Below, piece after piece: positions 60,781 through 64,000 of a stretch of 64,000 nucleotides of DNA. A program made the position numbers and the translations under genes. The stretch is from Candidatus Multivoradales bacterium. GTDB taxonomy: Bacteria > Acidobacteriota > Thermoanaerobaculia > Multivoradales > Multivoraceae. Below the pieces are notes generated by a model. That model searched no databases. It was not told the origin of the DNA and was given only the letters and a program-made list of their open reading frames with translations. Numbering within the stretch: the first letter of the stretch is position 1; each line of letters starts with the position of its first letter. The stretch lies in contig CBDCWI010000002.1 in assembly GCA_965223325.1 (NCBI GenBank), forward strand, positions 1,536,001 to 1,600,000, in the 5' to 3' direction.

Positions 60781-63611
60781 GCATCTCCCTCGTCGTCTGA
60801 CGGTGCATGCGGGTCGACCCCCACGATGCGCGTGCCGGCAACGGCCTGGGCGATGGGAGTCGCCGAGGTGATGCCATCGACCATCGAGCCGAGGCCGAAA
60901 ACACCGCTCAAACCACCCAGGGGCAGGGCCTGGGCCCCGTGGCTGACCAGGCGAATCGCGTCGCGGTCACCGTAGGCGCAGTACAAAGCCGGACCACTGG
61001 CTGCCTTGAGCTCTTCGAGAGCCTGAACCTGCGCCTCGTCGAGTAGGTCCGTCTGCGGCAGCTTGCCGGCGAACTCACCCATCAACTCGCCGAGCCGGTT
61101 CCACACCAGCGCCGAGAAGTCGAGGTAGCCGTCGGGGGGCAGGAGCTCACGGAAGGCGGCCGACTCGACCAGGGAAGCGCCGGAGTCACGCACCTGAATG
61201 GCACGCTCGAGAAGCGGTCGACTGGCGGCGGCGACCATGTAGCCGTCGACGAAGGTGTAGTGAATCTCAGACATCGTCAGTTCCAGACCGGACATTGGGT
61301 CGAGGATACCGTCCTCGGACTCCTCGCTCCCACTTTCTCCCCAGAGCCTGTAGAACGTGCGGCCTGAGACATTGGTTTCAGAAATCCCGATCGAGGCGTC
61401 ACTCGCTTCGGCCGCAATGTGCTCCGCGAGGCGCGCGACCATGGTCTCCAGGCTTGCCTGCAGGGTCGCTTCGTCGTAGACCTCGACGACCGCTTTCCAT
61501 GACGGCTGCGGTAGCGCCGGACCATCCAGGCCAACGGCCATTTCACCGCCGAGAGGCGCCAGCAGGTCATCCACCAGGCGCACGCCGGTCTTGGCTTCGA
61601 AGTCTGCGAGACCGTGCGACACCGCCTCGCCATCTCCATCTTCGTCGGTGCCCGTCGCGCGCGCTGTCGCGAAGCCGAGCATCTCGGCGAACAGTTCCGC
61701 TGGATCGCGAACCACCGTCGCCGCAACGACCGTGGTGTCGGCGGAGAAAAAGTCGAGCGCACCCATTGGGCCCGGCTCGGCTAGCCAGGACATGACGCCG
61801 TGCCGGTCGCCGTCGAACGACAGCGACGCACTCAGCTGGGCGCGTTGACCGTCGGCGCGGCGCTCGACGATGAGGTGGCGAACGTTGTCGAGACCGACCA
61901 TCTCTAACGCCTCGGAGTCGAAGTCTTCGGCGGTCTGGACAGCGGCCATCAGACGCTCGAGATCGACCGCCGCCAGGAACTGCGCACCCTCGACGTAGGA
62001 AGCCGCGAGGCGATCGTAGAACGCCGTCCCAACGAACGGATTGGTGGTGCCATCGGCAAACGCGGTGACCTGCTGCAGGACGCGCGGCTCACTCGAGATC
62101 ACCAACAGATCGTCGCTGATCCAGATCGACAGCTGATCGGGCTGGGCGGCCGCCGGGTCATCCAGGAAGACCACCTCGTCGCCGTCGATGTCCTCGCCGG
62201 CTGCCCGCGCTTCGGCCAACAACTCGTCGACCTTCTCTTCGAGAATCACCCGTAGAGCCGTCCGGTCATAGACCTCAGAGGTCAACAGGAACCATCCATC
62301 ACTGTCGGTCAGGGCATGCCCCGTGCCCACGGCGACCACGGTCTCCTCTCCGAGCTGATCGCTGACATCACCCAACCAACCCATGAAGTCGTCGAGCTCT
62401 GCTCGATCCTCCGACGCCGAGAACTCCTGCCACATCGCACCCAGCTGCTCACTCTCGGTCAGCTTCTCGGTAACTGCCACGTAGGCGTCCGAGATCTTGG
62501 CGGTGGCGTTGGGAACGGCGATGTATACCGTGGCATCGGCCGGGGCAAGGTCGAGCAGGCGGGTCGAGTAGCGCGGCGCGCTGGCCATCGCCTGGGCGAA
62601 CTCCTGCTGCAGACTGCTGAGCTCGCGAAGCATGGCGATGTACTCGTCGGCATCGCGACTCCACGCCACTTCTTCTTCCAACGGAACATGGGCAAGAGCC
62701 GCCCGACTGGCGAGCTGGCCACCCGGCAACAGACTCTGGGAAGCCGAGCCGCTCAGGACCTCGACTTCGCCCTCGATCACCGAAACGCGCGAGCCCTTGG
62801 TGCCGTGGCTGACCCCGAAGATCGTCCCCTTGACGGTTGCGGTGAGCTCCTGGGTCTGGACCTTCAAGGTGCCACGCTTCTGCTTGGCGGCCCGCACGAT
62901 CACCTGCCCACGGTCGACGACCACACGGTCGCCACCGAGGCGGCGGAAGACACGAACCTCCGAGCGCTCGTCGACCTCGACGCGCGAACCGTCGCGCAGT
63001 TCGAGGACGGCCCGAGAGCCCTTGGCGGTGCGGAACTGCCGCTTGCCGTCGAGCAAGGTGCCCACCGGCACCGGCACCAGTTCGTCGTTCTCGACCTCGA
63101 AGAGGTTGCCATCGACGGTCACCACGCTGGCGACCTCGGCTTGTGGCATCGGCACCAGGTCGGGGGCGAAGGCGAACACTGAAAGCGCTCCTGCGAGGAG
63201 TACAACAGCGGCGGCCAACCAGCCACGCCGACTGCCCGCCTCCTCGACCTCGACGGGACCGCTTTCTGCCATTGCCTCAGCCGCGCGCGCCTCGCGGGCG
63301 GCACTGAGCTGCCGTCGAAGCGTCACCGATGAGCGCGCCTCTTCCTCGAACATCAGACGCTGGTTCTCACTCAGCTCGCCATCGAGATACGCCGGAATGC
63401 GAGCGGCGAAGTCGTCGACGGGAGACGTCACCAGGACCTGTTCAGCAGGCGAAGCTTCGCCCAGCGTGCCATCGTCGTAGGCCGCACCCGATTCGAGCAG
63501 CTTCCGGACGCGGTCGACTGCCGCTGTCTCGAGCTCAGCCTCGGGACGCTCGTCGCGCACCGCTTCGATTGCCTCATCCAACAGGTCTTCCATGTTCTCG
63601 TGTTGCTTCAT
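60771..63611 (-). CDS. Large membrane anti-sigma-like protein with FecR domain and long extracytoplasmic region
   Basis: ZAS-like helices, TM, L.DGSRVE and [18 protein letters not shown] (FecR); ATG at 63611. Confidence 0.8.
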   Translation of the reverse strand: MKQHENMEDLLDEAIEAVRDERPEAELETAAVDRVRKLLESGAAYDDGTLGEASPAEQVLVTSPVDDFAARIPAYLDGELSENQRLMFEEEARSSVTLRRQLSAAREARAAEAMAESGPVEVEEAGSRRGWLAAAVVLLAGALSVFAFAPDLVPMPQAEVASVVTVDGNLFEVENDELVPVPVGTLLDGKRQFRTAKGSRAVLELRDGSRVEVDERSEVRVFRRLGGDRVVVDRGQVIVRAAKQKRGTLKVQTQELTATVKGTIFGVSHGTKGSRVSVIEGEVEVLSGSASQSLLPGGQLASRAALAHVPLEEEVAWSRDADEYIAMLRELSSLQQEFAQAMASAPRYSTRLLDLAPADATVYIAVPNATAKISDAYVAVTEKLTESEQLGAMWQEFSASEDRAELDDFMGWLGDVSDQLGEETVVAVGTGHALTDSDGWFLLTSEVYDRTALRVILEEKVDELLAEARAAGEDIDGDEVVFLDDPAAAQPDQLSIWISDDLLVISSEPRVLQQVTAFADGTTNPFVGTAFYDRLAASYVEGAQFLAAVDLERLMAAVQTAEDFDSEALEMVGLDNVRHLIVERRADGQRAQLSASLSFDGDRHGVMSWLAEPGPMGALDFFSADTTVVAATVVRDPAELFAEMLGFATARATGTDEDGDGEAVSHGLADFEAKTGVRLVDDLLAPLGGEMAVGLDGPALPQPSWKAVVEVYDEATLQASLETMVARLAEHIAAEASDASIGISETNVSGRTFYRLWGESGSEESEDGILDPMSGLELTMSEIHYTFVDGYMVAAASRPLLERAIQVRDSGASLVESAAFRELLPPDGYLDFSALVWNRLGELMGEFAGKLPQTDLLDEAQVQALEELKAASGPALYCAYGDRDAIRLVSHGAQALPLGGLSGVFGLGSMVDGITSATPIAQAVAGTRIVGVDPHAPSDDEGDAWQ

Positions 63612-63656
63612 CGCTGTCGCTCCGTTGTCTTGCTCACTCCGAAAGGGGGATGTCTG

Positions 63657-63704
63657 GTTTCTGTAGAGAGTTTCTGTAGAGAGTTTCTGTAGAGAGTTTG
63701 TAGA
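63657..63704. repeat. 13-bp tandem repeat (GTTTCTGTAGAGA) x3 plus a partial copy
   Basis: Exact units at 63657, 63670 and 63683, then GTTTGTAGA. Confidence 0.92.
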
Positions 63705-63727
63705 ACGTCCGAGGGACCGTCGAGCGG

Positions 63728-64000
63728 TCATGCCTCAGCCAGCATTTCCTTGAGCCGGCTGCGAGCGCGGTGGAGGGTGACGGCAACCGTCGATCGGCTG
63801 GTTCCGAGCATGTTGGCGATCTCGGTGTTGCCGTAGCCCTCGAAGTAACGCAAGGCGAACATCTCGGCGGCGTTCTCATTGAGCCTGCCGAGGGCGGAGC
63901 GCAGTCGAGCGCCGAGCTCGCGCCCTTCCGCACGACGATCGGGGCCGGGTGCAGACTCACGATCGACCGCATCGAGGTCGCTGTCTGCCTCTTCGAGGTC
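63728..64000 (-). CDS. ECF sigma factor, C-terminal part (gene starts outside the window)
   Basis: Manual translation ..FALRYFEGYGNTEIANMLGTSRSTVAVTLHRARSRLKEMLAEA*, region 4. Confidence 0.88.
   Translation of the reverse strand, partial: DLEEADSDLDAVDRESAPGPDRRAEGRELGARLRSALGRLNENAAEMFALRYFEGYGNTEIANMLGTSRSTVAVTLHRARSRLKEMLAEA

Noticed and set aside
63657-63704. CRISPR array
   Set aside because: Units are 13 bp, contiguous, without spacers, and no cas genes are present

Overview
High-GC bacterial chromosomal DNA, probably Acidobacteriota (Thermoanaerobaculia-like). The taxon is inferred from recalled protein families, not measured. No rRNA, tRNA or CRISPR array was seen. Main blocks: housekeeping genes (bioY, acyl-CoA dehydrogenase, a collapsed GH2 remnant); an sxtIJK-like carbamoyltransferase trio; pirin/MarR; a coupled GT2 / nucleosidase-like / SPL-like radical SAM / SDR operon; ECF sigma / zf-HC2 anti-sigma / exported CHAT protease, divergent from a 1290-aa secreted protein and a Calx-beta autotransporter; imuA-imuB separated by 12.7 kb from dnaE2, with a similar TTACGC operator-like motif in both promoters; a ~7.68-kb decayed insert (truncated tyrosine and serine recombinases, RHS pseudogene, 8-Cys peptide operon) that splits a secreted lyase-like gene whose halves rejoin in frame; an exported Sel1-caspase / second Calx-beta autotransporter / OmpA / Ser-Thr kinase cluster; and an ECF sigma / giant FecR-type anti-sigma / double ABC operon. 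The best candidates for an undescribed system are the two exported caspase-clan protease modules (with possible Arg-Gly target sites) and the SPL-like operon. All family calls come from motif recognition; no database search was run.
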